A stretch of DNA of 64,000 nucleotides from Octopus vulgaris (GCA_951406725.2 OX597828.1:33356001-33420000), one strand, 5' to 3'. Positions 15,690-29,839 are shown, counted from the stretch's first letter. A program made the numbers and translations. The notes: generated by a model not told the origin, from the sequence alone.

Positions 15690-16090
15690 ATTCCTGGCAG
15701 GGTCGTTACAGTCCCCAGGCATTCTCTCTCTACAGAATCGAATCAGAAACAACCCTGATTACAGTTTCCGGTTTGACTTCCAAGCGTGACCAACTCAGAC
15801 TATGGATATTATCTAACTCTCTTGTTCTTGGTCTACCACAGTTACTCGTTCTGGAGACTCCGTCTTGTAAATCTTTCCTGCGACACCCTAATCACATATC
15901 CATGGCACCAGAGCTGTGATCTCTCAATACGGAGAAGTAGCGGCACCCCATGCAGAGACTCCATAATCTCCAAGCAAGGTACCCTGTCGAGTAACGTTAC
16001 TCCAAAGATCCCCTCAAAGACATCCGTTTCTGCCTCTTGTATTCGTGATTGTACTCCTTCGATAGTAACCCAACATTAATAACCATACGT
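15690..16090 (-). mobile_element. RTE/Expander-like LINE C-terminal fragment
   Basis: Manual translation CWVTIEGVQSRIQEAETDVFEGIFGVTLLDRVPCLEIMESLHGVPLLLRIERSQLWCHGYVIRVSQER matches the RTE post-RT motif. Confidence 0.75.
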
Positions 16091-16189
16091 GAAGACAATC
16101 ACAAAAAAATTGTGATTTTTCAAAGGCCAAAAACGGTTGTATACCTAACGATAATAGAAGTAAAAATGACCATAGTGTATCTCTAAATA

Positions 16190-16738
16190 TTGGGTTGTCC
16201 GGAAAGTTCGCGCCGATTTTTAAAGGAAAGAAAAAGTTCAATAAACACTTGCCATTACATTTTTAATCAAGCAAATATTTGCAGCATAATGCGTCTCCAA
16301 CTTTCCTTTAACTTGAAAATACCCTCTTCCTAGAATTGAGGTGGTTTCATGGCGAAGAATTTATCAAAGTATCTTTTTATATCATCCAAGGAATTGAAAT
16401 TTTTACAATTAAGACTATTCTGCAGAGACCTGAATAAGTGGAAATCCGAAGGAGCAATTCTGATGAATATGGGGTAACACATCCCAGCCGAGCTGCAGCA
16501 ACTTTTTCTGGTTCCCAAAGCATCAAGTGCCGAAAATGAACTTTCTTATCTTCCATTTTAAAGGGTTACAGAATTAACACAGGTTATAGGAACATAAACC
16601 TTCTTCCACGCAAAGATAGCTTAAACTGTGCTCTAAATGGAGGTGTAGTCAAATCCTATTTAATGGACTCAAATAATGTTCTAAAATAAGTCGAAAGGTA
16701 AGCTATTATAAATCATCACGAACTTTCCGGAAACCCAA
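16190..16738 (-). mobile_element. Internally deleted mariner transposon
   Basis: TA-flanked TIRs TTGGGTTGTCCGGAAAGTTCG / CGAACTTTCCGGAAACCCAA. Transposase remnant IAPSDFHLFRSLQNSLNCKNFNSLDDIK. Confidence 0.9.
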
Positions 16739-18039
16739 TATATTAAGCATATATTCTTTCTCGTATTTTCTAATATTTTACTAAGTTACTACCGGGCCCC
16801 CTGCTGAGAACAGTTTCCATCCATCATACCAACCGCACTTTTTATTCTGGTCCTGTACATAATTTATCGATCAATATTTATGATGAGGCCAATCCACAAC
16901 CGTAATACCTTTATTTGTTTTTTGTTTTTGTTTTTGTATGTATGTGTATGGTTTACGCGCACTGTAAATGGATAAACACAAACATGAATGCAATTGAAAT
17001 AGTTTCACTCCAACTGATAATCGAAACGGTTTCCTATAGATAGTTCATCAAGAACCAGTCACATGACATTCAAAAATAGATAGAAACTGCGAAAGGATTT
17101 CTTACATTCAGGTTCTTCTCACTGGCAATTTCAGTCATCTCACTCCCCAAGTCCGCCAGAAACATCATTTTAAATAGTAATTTATTTTTCCAAAATTTTT
17201 TTACTACTTATTTTTTTTTTATTTTCCCTCCTTCACCTCTTCTTTTCCTTCTTTTTCTTCTATCTTCAACATTTTTCTTCTCTTCTCCTTTCCTCTTTTC
17301 CTATTGCCGTGAATATTTTATTTGCCATCACATCACATTTTCTTTCATTGGTAAAGAATTTTGAGAAATGATAATGAACAGTAAAAAAATAGCACACACA
17401 AAATAAAAGCCTCATCGTTGTGTGTTTTTGGGGTGGTTTTTTTTTTTTTTGGTTTATTATTTTATTTTTCAATAATTCTGCTGCCAAAATCCATTTAAGA
17501 TTCTGTTATTCTGTTACATATTCTAAATTGCCATACATTTAGATGGGTTTGCCAGTAATCCTTCGAAATATATCATCTCCAAGTATCTACCTAATATATA
17601 TTTTTTTTTCTCTTTTTTCCTGTGAAAAAAGAAAAAAAAACAAAAAGCTTGAAATGTACATTTCTCTTCACCATCCCTGCCAATGCTCGAAATAAAAGCT
17701 TCAATAACAACAAAAGCAACAATGCGAAAAATAAAATAAAATAATAATAATAATAATATATATATATATATATAGTTGATGTTGAGGGTAATGACTTGAT
17801 CTTAATTTCCGTTCCGTGTTTCACACAGAACCCTACACTAGCCATTATACGATTTCCATTAGATATCAGTGTTTCTATAAGCAAAGTACTTACTTGGCCT
17901 TCTCTTGGCAATTTTTTGGCAAAGAGAAGCTCTCATGCCCTTTTGAACTACACAACCGACTCAATGAGAGACCGACAAAGAGACACAGTTAGATGACAGT
18001 AGACAAATAGAGAGCAAAAATAGAGGAAGAGAAAAGAAA

Positions 18040-18200
18040 CTATCCCCGTACATGACTAGTATTTTATTTATCGACCTATTTAAGGGCAAAACAAAACATG
18101 ATGGCCACGGTGGGATTTGAAATTCAGACAGCAGAGAACTGTAACAAATACGACAAGGAATTCTAATCGACGCTGTAATGGCCCTGTTAATAACGCTACC
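18040..18200 (-). mobile_element. Highly diverged SINE family A relic
   Basis: TTTATTTATCGACC...GGGATTTGAA segments align by eye with the family A reverse complement. Confidence 0.45.
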
Positions 18201-18440
18201 TAATAAATCTTAATGGACAGAACGATATTGAAGATATATTCTTACGCAACTATGGGGGAGGAGCACAAATTATAGATCGATGTATTTAGCAAAGGGGGAC
18301 ACAAACAAGCAAAAACTACGAACAAAATAAATGCGTCTATCTTCTTTCATTGTTCATGTGCGAATGTGGGAGGAATTTATCATCATGCTTTTTGTTTGTT
18401 TCTTTGGTACCTTTTGCGCATGCGTGCTGTGGGTCTTTCT

Positions 18441-18493
<53 letters not shown>

Positions 18494-18819
18494 TTTGTAC
18501 TTTTACCCTTGCTGTTCTCATATATTCTTGCACATCCCTGCGTTTTATTTTTTAATAAATACCCCGTTCCTTCCATCCTAGTGTTCTGGTTTCTCCCAGT
18601 AGGACGCTCTTGCTTTTAGCTTGAAGCTTAATTGAGTTTTGGGCGATGGAAAATTATATTGGTGACAAGTTATTACTTTGAAATATACTGCCCATTAATG
18701 CGCCGTTGGTGCTTTTGTAGCCATTTTCTTTTTATTTATTTATCTATTTATTTATTTATTGTATTTGATAACAATAAAGTTTGTCGATAAATGTGTTGTT
18801 ATGGTCATCGTTCTTTTTT

Positions 18820-18918
18820 AGTTGCTGTTATTATTATTGGCGGCGGCGGCGGTGGTGGTGGTAGTGGTGGTGGTGGTGGTGGTGGTGGTGGTGGTGGTAG
18901 TGCTGCTGCTACTACTGC

Positions 18919-18956
<38 letters not shown>

Positions 18957-19500
18957 ATAGTGGTTATGGCGGCGATGAGTAAGACGATGACAATGACGAC
19001 GACGACGACGATGATGATGATCATGATGATGACGACGATGATGATGATGATCATGATGATGATGATGATGATAATGGTGTTGACGACAACGATGATGATG
19101 TTGACGACGATGATGATGATTATGATGATGATGATGATGACGATGACGACTACGAAGACGGCGACGTGATGACAATAACGACGACTATAACGACGACAAT
19201 GATGATGATGATGATGAGGAGGAGGAGGAGAGGAGGAGGAGAGGAGGAGGAGAGGAGGAGGAGGATGGCAGTGGCTGTGGTGGCAGCGACGGTGTTGGTG
19301 GTGGTGGTGGTGTTGGCGTTGGTGTTCGTGCTGGTGGTGTTGGTGTTGATGTTGGTGGTGGTGGTGGTGGCGGCGACGGTAGTTTTGCCGGTGGCGTTCG
19401 TGGTGGTGCCGGTGGTGCCGGTGGTGCCGGTGGCGTTGGTGGTGTTGGTGGTGGTGGTGGTTTTGGAAAATGGCGATGGTGATTTTGTTGATGACGGTAT
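18820..19500. repeat. Compound trinucleotide array (GGC/GGT/GTT/GAT/GAC/GGA)
   Basis: Successive in-phase trinucleotide runs. ORFs are homopolymeric in all frames. Confidence 0.95.
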
Positions 19501-19935
19501 AACTGTTGCAGTTTTGCGTCGATATGCTGCTGTAACATTTTAAAAGCTTCCATCGATATAATGATGTCGGCTTTATTTAAATCCTTATGGTATTCTCTCT
19601 CTCTCTCCCTCTCTCTCTCCCTCCCTCCCTCCCTCTCTCCTTATCTCTCTCTCTCTTTTTCCTTTTAGTTTTGTTGCTATTTCTTTTCTTTTCTGTCTGC
19701 CTTTCTTCCTCTTCTACCCTTCCTCACCATTCTCCTCTCTTTCACCCATTTATTTTCACCATTCACAGACCCGTGATGGTGGGAGTCTTGAATTGATGTG
19801 ACAATACGTTAAGTGTTTCTTGTTTGTACATTTTTTCCTATTGTTTTCCAGCGTGTAGAGACTACACTTCTAATTGATTACTAGATTCATGCATATATAC
19901 ATGCGTAGATACAAATATATACACACACATACATA

Positions 19936-19968
<33 letters not shown>

Positions 19969-20067
19969 GATGTATTTGCACTCATGAGAAACAATGTAAG
20001 TATATATATATATATACATATATGCATATATATACTTTATTTAAAGCAGCAGAAAATTCAACAAAAT

Positions 20068-20105
20068 CTGTTACTCTGAGTTTCTCGTTGCCGTTCATCA
20101 GACAG
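20068..20105 (-). ncRNA. Minimal type I hammerhead ribozyme-like motif (C3-G8)
   Basis: Minus strand CTGT-CTGATGA-ACG(GCAA)CGA-GAAA-CTCAGAG-TA-ACAG, GUA triplet, one mismatch at the base of stem II. Lies in a ~75-bp island within (TA)n. Confidence 0.65.
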
Positions 20106-20109
20106 TTTT

Positions 20110-20149
<40 letters not shown>

Positions 20150-20176
20150 AATAAATAGATAGATAGATAGATAGAT

Positions 20177-20215
<39 letters not shown>

Positions 20216-20218
20216 AAC

Positions 20219-20256
<38 letters not shown>

Positions 20257-20713
20257 GTGTGTATGTATCTATATTAATACATATATAAACGTATGTATAT
20301 ACCTGCTTACCACTGTATATTACGTTGTAAACATCGTCTAAATCTACACACATATATGTATGTAATCACAAATGTATGCACACACGCGCGCGCACATGTT
20401 TACATACATACAAACTGATACACATGTATGTATGTATATATGTATGTAACAGCAGGTGGACTGTTGATGATTTTTTCCCGCCGTCTTCTTTTTTGTCTTG
20501 GACTTTCCTCTGTCTCCCATTTCTCAAGAGGAGCTTTGCTCGAAACGAAGAACACCATTTCTTTCCTTCTCTGAGCGTCTTATTAATACTTTGAATATAC
20601 TACGTCCTTGTTGTTTTTCCTTCTTGTCCTTTTCTGTCCGTTTTTTTTATTATATATGTATGTCTATATGTAAGTAGGTATGTGTGTATGAATACACATA
20701 TATGTGTGTCTAA

Positions 20714-20758
<45 letters not shown>

Positions 20759-21207
20759 ATATATATAGGGAAGAGCTTAGGAAAGGCTGCAGGTCATTTT
20801 GGAAAGACAGAGTAACATATTGAAATAATGAGAGGACCTGGAAAGTCAGCAAAAGTATTATCAGAAGAAATGATCTGTAGATGTTCTATCACAGCCTGGC
20901 TTTCGATAATAATTTAAGGAGCAATTGGTCTTGTATGGCTTGGATTTGCGACCAGAATTGAGAGATTTTAGTAACTCGAAAAGGATGAAAAATTCATTTC
21001 ACAAACAGAACTGTATTGATAAAAAGCAACGTAACATGGAAACATTCTTTTAAGAATTCCATAGAAACTGGAACCAGGAAAAATTTCATAGCAAAGATTT
21101 CACCTGTCTGATTTCTTTGCACCGAACTGGGTTCGGTGACTACATGCAAACACACGCGCGCACATAAGCACACTCACGCACACACAGAGAGAGGCTGTTC
21201 GTGTGTT

Positions 21208-21274
<67 letters not shown>

Positions 21275-21277
<3 letters not shown>

Positions 21278-21500
21278 AATGTAATATGTGATAATTATTC
21301 GGTAGCCGTGATAGGACTCTGGAAAAATACTATAAAACTGATCGCCGGATAACTGAAGAGATGGCAGAGTTGATTTCCACCACGGTATTCGAAACTCAGA
21401 GTTTTATCATGGCTACCGAATAATTTTCACGTATTACATTTTCAGATAAATTCCTCTATTTACATAATATCGAGGTCTTACCATTTTTATAAATTTTTAT

Positions 21501-21503
<3 letters not shown>
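21275..21503 (+). mobile_element. Short non-autonomous PLE-derived foldback element in (TA)n carrying a hammerhead motif
   Basis: Inverted repeat ~21277-21321 / 21397-21441. Motif at 21348-21408: GATAA-CTGAAGA-(imperfect stem II)-GAAA-CTCAGAG-TT-TTATC. Confidence 0.65.
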
Positions 21504-21544
<41 letters not shown>

Positions 21545-21891
21545 TGCTACGGAATTAAAGTATAATTAAGATTCCGCTGAATTAGTTATTTAAATTGAGG
21601 CACCTTATTAGGTCCTCTGCTACTCTCTAAATTATAGTATGCTTAACAAGAAATGCCTTATTTTTCAAGCTCATTCTACCACAGAAATGACAAATGAAAC
21701 AATGTATATATTTTTTGTTCCATATATTGATGCGAATATGTTAAAGAGGCGGTTGTATCCTTTATGCTGGAAGTCTTTGCGGTCATCTTACGAGGACAGT
21801 TTCTTTCAAATGATGAAACGTTTTTCATTAATCATTTAAAGGACTCGCTTGAAACGGCCGTAATACATTGATACCTATGCATCTTTTGTTA

Positions 21892-21926
<35 letters not shown>

Positions 21927-22387
21927 AGCAGGCACCCTCTCACGAATTGTTTATTGTAAGTGAGGAAGTCGTGTGCTACAATCCTTATTTATGTTTCTTA
22001 ACAGTGAATATTCTTATCTGTATCACTGTAAGGCATATACACTCATTACTATGTTCGTCTTCGATGTCATTGTCTGTTTACGTCTTATTTCTCGATACGA
22101 AACGTTGCAGCAAAACTCAGTGCTGCCTACAGAATATTGGTAAAAACAACATTAAAAAAAATAATGTAAAATCGCACTGCTAACACAGCATGACGTGGTA
22201 TTGACTTGTAAACACATTTAATATACTTTATAGTATACGAAGGTTGTATAACGAAATAACACGTACTTACAAATCATTAATGTTTATGTACCAGCTGCAG
22301 GAATGTGTTTAATATATAAATTGGTATATCCTATAACTTAACACGGCTGTATGTGGTGGCTATATAAGCAATGTGTTCAGAGGCGAG

Positions 22388-22457
22388 AATGGGTTGGATG
22401 GTAGCTGATGAAAGGGCAAAAATACCCGAAATATGGAATACACATTCATTACCCATT
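22388..22457 (+). ncRNA. Degenerate hammerhead-like motif
   Basis: CTGATGA at 22405-22411, stem II GGG/CCC, GAAA at 22428-22431, extended imperfect stem I AATGGGT..TGGATG / CATTCA..ACCCATT. Confidence 0.45.
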
Positions 22458-23109
22458 TTTGTAGCAAAGTTAGTCAGTGCTGGCTATAAGTTCTAAAGCA
22501 TGTCTGTAGAAATAATCTTAACAAAATAAATTCCTTGGATAAAAATGAAGAATGAAACAGAATACGTGATTCGAAGAGACGATACTGAAATGCTTGTATA
22601 AGTCGTCGAGGTCTGACCGGATGAGAATATTGCTTGACCATACAACGGTTTACCACAAAATAAAAATATCTGTAAAGAAAAAAATATATTAAAGGAGATA
22701 AGAGTAAAGAGAAAGATAGGTTTATGTTGGTTAGACTGAAGAATTGAAGAAAACAAGGAAGAGAAAGAGGAAGAGAGGAGGAAGATTGGACATTAATAAA
22801 TTATGTGGCTTGAGCAAAAAAGTGGTTATCAAAGAGAATCTTTAAATAAATGAATTTCAGAAAGTAAGAGTGGGAGAATGAAACAGAGAGATATGAGAGA
22901 GAGAAGGTGGGGTAAATGGAAAAAAGATAAGAGAGATTGGTAGAAATAAGAGACGAAAAGAGAAAGAATAAATGTAAGAGGAAGTCGACAAGTATGCGTA
23001 GAGAAAAGTTTTGTGAAAGAACATTTTTTCTCAATAAAGTGTCCAAAGAAATTATAAATGTGTGTGTGCAGTTTCGCACGACGTTTAGGACATTTTTGTA
23101 AAGGACTGG

Positions 23110-23630
23110 CCTTACTGCCGTTCAGGTTTTACTTTACCTGCCGTTCATGTTTCGCCTTACAAGCCGTTCACGTTTCGCTTTACACACCGTTCACGTTTCG
23201 CTTTACATGCTGTTCATGAGTTGCTTTACATATCGTTCACATTTCGCTTTACACGCCGTTCATGTTTCGCCTTACATGCCGTTCATGTTTCGCTTTGCCG
23301 TTCGTGTTTCACTTTACATGTTGTTCGTGTTTCGCTTTGCATGTCGTTCATGTTTCGCTTTACATACCGTTCATGTTTCGCCTTACATGCCGTTCATGTT
23401 TCACTTTACATGCTGTTCGTGTTTCGCTTTGCATGTCGTTCACGTTTCGCTTTACACACCGTTCACGTTTCGCTTTACATGCTGTTCATGAGTTGCTTTA
23501 CATATCGTTAACGTTTCGCTTTACACGCCGTTCATGTTTCGCCTTACATGCCGTTCATGTTTCGCTTTGCCGTTTATGTTTCACTTTACATGATGTTTGT
23601 GTTTCGCTTTACATGCCGTTCGAGTTTTGC
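23110..23630. repeat. ~23-bp minisatellite (GTTTCGCTTTACATGCCGTTCAT) with ~272-bp higher-order repeat
   Basis: About 22 monomers. A distinctive variant block at 23165 recurs at 23437. Confidence 0.92.
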
Positions 23631-24059
23631 ACCCGTACGGAAGAATGTTAACACAGAATCGTTAGTTGAAGATCATGGTATAATACTCATTTAGATAAAC
23701 TCTCTTCTGTCGGAGCAGAACTAGTATTTCAGATAATGATTTCTATTGTTTTCTTAAGGTCATTATTTCACTTACTGAATACTTCTTGTTTCACTGTATT
23801 AAAACTATTATGCTCAGTTTGCTTTTCAGTTATCATTCGGCAGGTTATCTTCCCCGCATATTTTCGTTTTAGTTTAATAAATCTTTAGTAAACCTCTGTA
23901 CAATAATACACACACATACACTATCACACACAGAAACATACACACAAACAGATGCAAACACACACACGCACACGCACACATATTGATTGATTGATTCTAG
24001 TTTCAGCTTATGAGCTGTGGCCATGCTGGGGCACCGCCATTTCTTTATATATATATCTA

Positions 24060-24720
24060 TATAAAAAATTTATAAATAAGGGTAAAAGAAAAATTCCAAT
24101 GCCAAATATTCCGAGAAATAGACTTTAAATCGTCAATAACAACATAATTCATCGCTAAAAGCACGCGTCTGGAAGCAAGCTGGCAGAAATATCTAAAAGC
24201 TCCGTTATTACCGAATCGGTCCGATTCGGTAATAATATTCATAAAGAATTTTCTCGTTAGGAAAACAAATGAAATACTTAGTTGCACACATGGAACAAGC
24301 ATACGCAAAGTTATGAGTACACTTAAGTACCCCAAATAGAAATTTTGCAGCACACCTCGAGACACGTACGATCAGACTGGAAACTTCTTTAAGTGGACAA
24401 TTATATGTGGTTATTGACGATTTGAAGTCTATTTCTCGGCATATTTTGCATAGGAATTTTTCTTTCGCCCTTGTTTATAAGTTGTTTATATTTTTCACCG
24501 CAAAAGGTATTTTTTAATATGCTGGCCACTGATAAAATTATTTTTAAATTTTATCTTATATTAGATGTAAATTTAATACCATTCACTACTGGACTCTCTC
24601 TTACTCTATGAGAATTTTCAGTCTGATCGCACGTGTTTCGAAGTGTGCTACAAAATTTCTATTTGGATATATTTGGGGTACTTAAGTGTACACATGGCTT
24701 TGCCTATGCATTCGAAATGC
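24060..24720. mobile_element. Foldback/MITE-like element, same family as 50457-51113
   Basis: Inverted repeats 24315-24388 / 24611-24695 and ~24072-24140 / 24411-24480. Shares TTTTAATATGCTGGCCACTGATAA and AAGTACCCCAAATA with the 50.5-51.1 kb element. Confidence 0.65.
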
Positions 24721-25499
24721 TGATTCCAAGCTTTGCTTTCTGTTTTATACCGGGATGTTTAGGTTTTGTATATTCTTTCGAATACGTCAGTTTCCATTTT
24801 CGCAATTTTATGAATACTTATGGTGTATTGAATAACATTTTGGAAGGAAAGTAAATAAATACTACAAAATGTTCACTACTTGAACCGAAGCACTAGACAA
24901 ATACTTGAATAATTTATACATATGATAATCTTAACTTCATTTTTATATCGAACATTTAACAATATACATATGTAAGTGAAAAAATATGCGAATATTCGTT
25001 ATATAAGCTTTTAAGCGCCGTGAATAACATTTTAAACTTTTTAACTTAGCCTGGGTCGTGGCGACATAAAGATCCAGCAAGAGATAATCATCATACCATA
25101 GTTTCTAAATCGCTGACAAATTACATTCCTTGCGTAAAAATCTTGGCAGAATTGTTCTCTTTACTCACCGTTTACGGCAGCAACATTTCCGAAGAAGAAA
25201 TCCGAATGGGAATATCGAAGTCTATTGTAACGACAGCCTATTTCTTTACATAAACAAGTTTGAGGACTCCACTTCTATTTTCAGGACTTATCCCCCACGT
25301 TTACCCGTAACCAATTAATAACCTGCCATTGGGAGAGGGGTGCTCATTTTTGGGAGCCTTTTCAAGAACAAATCCACAGTTTTTAATTAAATTTATGCAT
25401 CTCCTTCACAAAACTTTTCACTAAACCACGTGTGATATGGAGAAGTATTAGAAATACTACGTAGGCTCAGCTAATTGGACAGACTGAACACCGTTTGTT

Positions 25500-27300
25500 A
25501 CTGTGAAAGTTATCCTCAGTATCGCAAATTATAGTACTACTTTGAATTTACTAAACAAGACTATTTTACAATGCGCGTTTGTATACTGACAACTTTCGTG
25601 ATCTCAAAAAAACTCCATTGATGAATTCAATAGTGAATGGTACCAAGCACTATAGTTATGCTATTGTGTGTGTCATTTCCATAGAAAAAGTAGACAATGA
25701 GATTGAAGCGTTTCACATTCCCGTCAAGCAGTACAATTGCTATTAAGCTGATCGGTGCAAAATCCATAGAGATACTAACCAGATGCTTCATAAGTATTGA
25801 GTCAAGCTTGTGATGTATTTTGCAACAGAAGGGTGAACCATCTATTGTAGAGAGTGTTGACAAATTGAAATCTGAGGTTGAACAGCCACTTGTATATTTT
25901 CGTCAAGTTAATTACCTTCGTTCAGTACTGAGGCAAGAAGTTCTGCCTTCTCATTAGTGAGCGATAAATCGCATACAATATCATCCAGACGCTTTTATGT
26001 AAAACACTGAAAGCAGTTTTTGAAATCGGCATCAGTAAAGCATTCTGAAACACGCAGAATCATTTAAGATGGATATTCGTCGTCGACCATAAACCTAAAG
26101 TAAGGTATGAGAAGAGTTACATAAACTTCGAATTTTCAGGGACAGTATAAGGTCCACTAACTGTGCTTTGAGCAGTCCGTTTTTTTTCCTGGTGAAAGCT
26201 AATCTATTATTTTGGGATAGAAGGAAAAGGAAACGGTATTGCTTCTTCTTGTTGGGCTGATCTACGTGCTAAATACATATTTGAATAAGCAATATTAGGT
26301 TAGGTTTTAAGAGAACATAATTTAACAACAAAAATAGCAATATGATCATGTCTTTGTTATCTGACTACCATGAGTGAGGAAATGGTTTTTATTTTCTTCG
26401 TCCGTTCAACCAACGCAGTGATCCATGTGAACAAGCATAGCAGATTATACATAAAGCGCACTACTTGTGTGTGTTACGTATATTACAATGAAATCATACC
26501 TGGTACAGTTGTGACAGTCCGTCATTGTCTTCTACGCGTAAAAGAACCACAAACAAAGCTGGAATAGATGATTTCGATAATCATGAAACATACAGATTAT
26601 ACTGAGTAACTATTCAGAGAAATATAAATTATTTCAAATATAATTATAAAATAATTGGACTAACCTTTAGAACTATACCGAAAGCAGTTTGGAAATCAAG
26701 ATCAATAAGTTTTATGGGTCACCCAAAATCATTTCCTATGTTTTTGTTGACCAGCGTTAACATTCAAACGCGTAATATTAGTTAACCGAAGGGCTTCATT
26801 ATTCCCACAAAGATATTCATCGATTTGCAGGACAAAGTGCTTCACATATTCCCCAGTTACTTGTTCTTCATTCTCAACCATTTCATCTAACAGCCTTGAT
26901 ACTGTTAAATTATCCAAACAGATGATCCTTGTTAATATCACGCGCACACTGCTTCAAGCTAAAATTAAGTCTCACCACTAATATGTGGCTTGCAAGCTTT
27001 GACAATTATCTCGCAACCCTCATAGGATGCAAGTAAACCGTTGTAGTCTTCGCTAGTCTTTACTAAACATTTCATTCAATATTTCTTTACTTGAAACTCG
27101 TCACTCTGATAGTTTTAAAGTACTCGAGGGATTTCCCTTTCTTGTTAATGTGCATTGTCTCCCTATGGGTTCGCATGTTAGATGGACGCAGGCTGTCATT
27201 TGAAAGTGGTAACATACGCATAAAACATGCATGAGATATTTTCGTTGACGCTAATGGCTTTTTTTTCTCATTAGGCTTGTAATTTCAATGATTAAAATAT
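25500..27300 (-). pseudogene. Decayed hAT (Charlie/Buster, ZBED5/8-like) transposase
   Basis: Ordered motifs on the minus strand: CVLC..LSNDSLRPSNMRTHRETMH; GLLASYEGCEIIVKACKPHISGET; TVSRLLDEMVENEEQ...FVLQIDE. Many stops and frameshifts; boundaries approximate. Confidence 0.65.
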
Positions 27301-27826
27301 TATTTTAGGCTCATCCTGATGCAGAAGATAGAACTTGAAAATTTTTTTCCAAGATCATTATTTTAATTTCCTGCTCAGTAAACCTTCTTCTCAAAAAATA
27401 CTGCCACTTTTAGACATGTTCCTTTCTTGGTGGCCATGAGTGGACAACGTTTCAATAAAAAGTGACTCAAAGAAAACATTAGTAAATCTAACATTTTCAC
27501 TCTGAATGTCAAAGATAACAATCCACTCTCGCTGGCATATTTACAAGAATAAACTCTAATTGAGTGTAACTTTTGGGTGTTCCGCAATATTATGAGAAAA
27601 AATTATCTCTAACGCTAATTATTATTTCATTTATCGACGGACTGGAAGTTTCTATTAATTGAAAATTATAATATAAGATCATCAACGCAGTATTTCTTGT
27701 TAAAGCAGTTGTGGTACAAACACACACACTCTCTCTCTCTCAATCACACACACACACACATGTATGTATGAATGAATGAATGTATGTATGTATGTATGTA
27801 TGTATGTATGTATGTATGTATGTATG

Positions 27827-27909
<83 letters not shown>

Positions 27910-27914
27910 AATAG

Positions 27915-28312
27915 ATCTGATTCAAACAGTTATATACGGGACTGCTGGTGTGATTGAAACCCCTATCAACAATAACATAACCGATAAGACAAATATCGGG
28001 TTACGTGAAGGAGCGTTCAAAAAACGTTATGCAAACCATTTGTCAACCTTCCATTACAGCCAGAAAAGCAATGCCACGAAGGTGGCCAGTTATGTTTGGG
28101 AACTGAAACATAAGAATATATCATATACAATTAAAGTGAAGGTTATAGAAAAATCTACACCATACATAAATGGTTCTAATTAATGCAAGCTGTGTTTGGC
28201 AGAAAAGGCTCATATTCTATTTAGATCGGAGATCCCAAACTCGATCTTGAACTCACGATCCGAATATTTTTGTAGTTGCAAACATATGCAAACATTTTTT
28301 TTCAAAAACTAG
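27915..28312 (+). mobile_element. Penelope-like retroelement GIY-YIG endonuclease 3' fragment
   Basis: [20 protein letters not shown]...KVASYVWELK...PYINGSN*CKLCLAEKAHIL...LNSRSEYFCSCKH. Begins directly after (TA)n. Decayed CCGATGA-ACTGG/CTAGT hammerhead relic at ~28329-28350. Confidence 0.75.
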
Positions 28313-28512
28313 AAGATACCACTCGTTCCCGATGAACTGGTCACTAGTTTAATCCATCTTTTACAGCTTCGCGGCTGTATTTATTTATGTATATTTTTTC
28401 ACATTAACATATCAACTCATATTCGTATTTTATCACATTTTATTACATTTATTATATTTCAAATACTTTATATTTCGATATATATTTTAGTATTATTATT
28501 ATATGTGCATAG

Positions 28513-29180
28513 GACGACGAGCTGGCAGAAATAGCGATATTTCGTCTGTCATTACGTTCTGAGTTGAAATTCCGCCGAGGTCGACTTTACCTTTCATCCT
28601 GTCGGATCGATAAATAAAGTAACAGTTGCATACTGGGGTCGATCTAAACGACAGGCTCCCTTCTCAAAAATTTCGGGCCTTGTGCCTAGTGTAGAAAAGA
28701 TTTTTTTCAAATTCTGCCAGGGTTGACTTTGCCTTTCATCCTTTCGAGGTCGTTAAATTAAGTACCAGTTGCGTACTGGAGTCGATCTCATTGACTGGCC
28801 CTCTCCCACCAAATTTTGGACCTTGTACCTAGAGTAGAAAAGGATATATAGATTGTATTATTATTATTATTACCTTGTGGGTAGTAAAGAAATAGGTATT
28901 TCGTCTGCCGCTACGTTCTGGCTTGAAATTCCGCCGAGATCGACTTTGCCTTTCATTCTTTCGGGGTCGATTAAATAAGTACCAGTTACACACTGGGGTC
29001 GATATAATCGACTTAATCCGTTTGTCTGTGCTTGTTTGTCCTCTCTGTGTTTAGCCGACTTTACCTTTCATTCGATTAAATGAGTACCACTTACGTACTG
29101 GGATCGATGTAATCGACTTACCCATTTGTTTGTGCTTGTTCTTCCCCTCTGTTTAACCCCTGTGGGCAATAAAGAAATAA
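28513..29180 (+). mobile_element. Tandem cluster of ~4 partial SINE family A units
   Basis: Repeated GACTTT(G/A)CCTTTCAT...TAAGTACCAG units at ~28580, 28725, 28940 and 29057. Confidence 0.85.
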
Positions 29181-29839
29181 TTATTATATGTATGTATTTT
29201 TTATATTCTGTCTTTATTTACATTCCTTTATATCCATAGTATTGTAGATTATATTTGCACATGACTCCCTTTTTTAAATCAACATATTCTCCTTATATTA
29301 TACGATTTTTATATTATTTTGTACTTACACTCTTTTTTAAAAACTGCTCTATCATTCTTGACATTTCTTATAAATCTTTGTCATCGAAATATTTTTCCAG
29401 CCGATTTTACGCCATCCGATGGTCGCATCTCGAGGTTTACATTCTGCGCAGTCAGCCTAAAGTTATCTTTCACATAATCCATTCTAATTCTGGGTTTTTT
29501 CGTCCGGTTTCTAAATTCGGTCCAGTATTTACACCGCTTAAATCCGACGGTATGGCTACCGCCCAAAGAGCGTGCGTTGGCCCTATGTACATGAAACATT
29601 TAGTAGCGTGGGCCATATGTATACATATATATATATATGTGTGTGTATATAATATATATGTGGGTAGGTGTCTTTGTATTATGTATGCATATTTAAATTC
29701 ATAAATGTAACTTTATATGTATATCTTTGCACTTCCGGTTATTTCAGCAATGTAAACTACACACATTTCTTATCTACATCCCCATGTTCGTTTTCATTTG
29801 TTACTTGGTTTGTTTCTTTGAATTGACTCTATATATATA

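Noticed and set aside
19185-19553. Proline-rich extensin/formin-like ORF
   Set aside because: It is the reverse-strand translation of a (GGT)n-type array, with no flanking domain or splice evidence.
23110-23630. CRISPR-like regular repeat array
   Set aside because: Monomers are contiguous with no unique spacers, there are no cas genes, and the context is eukaryotic.
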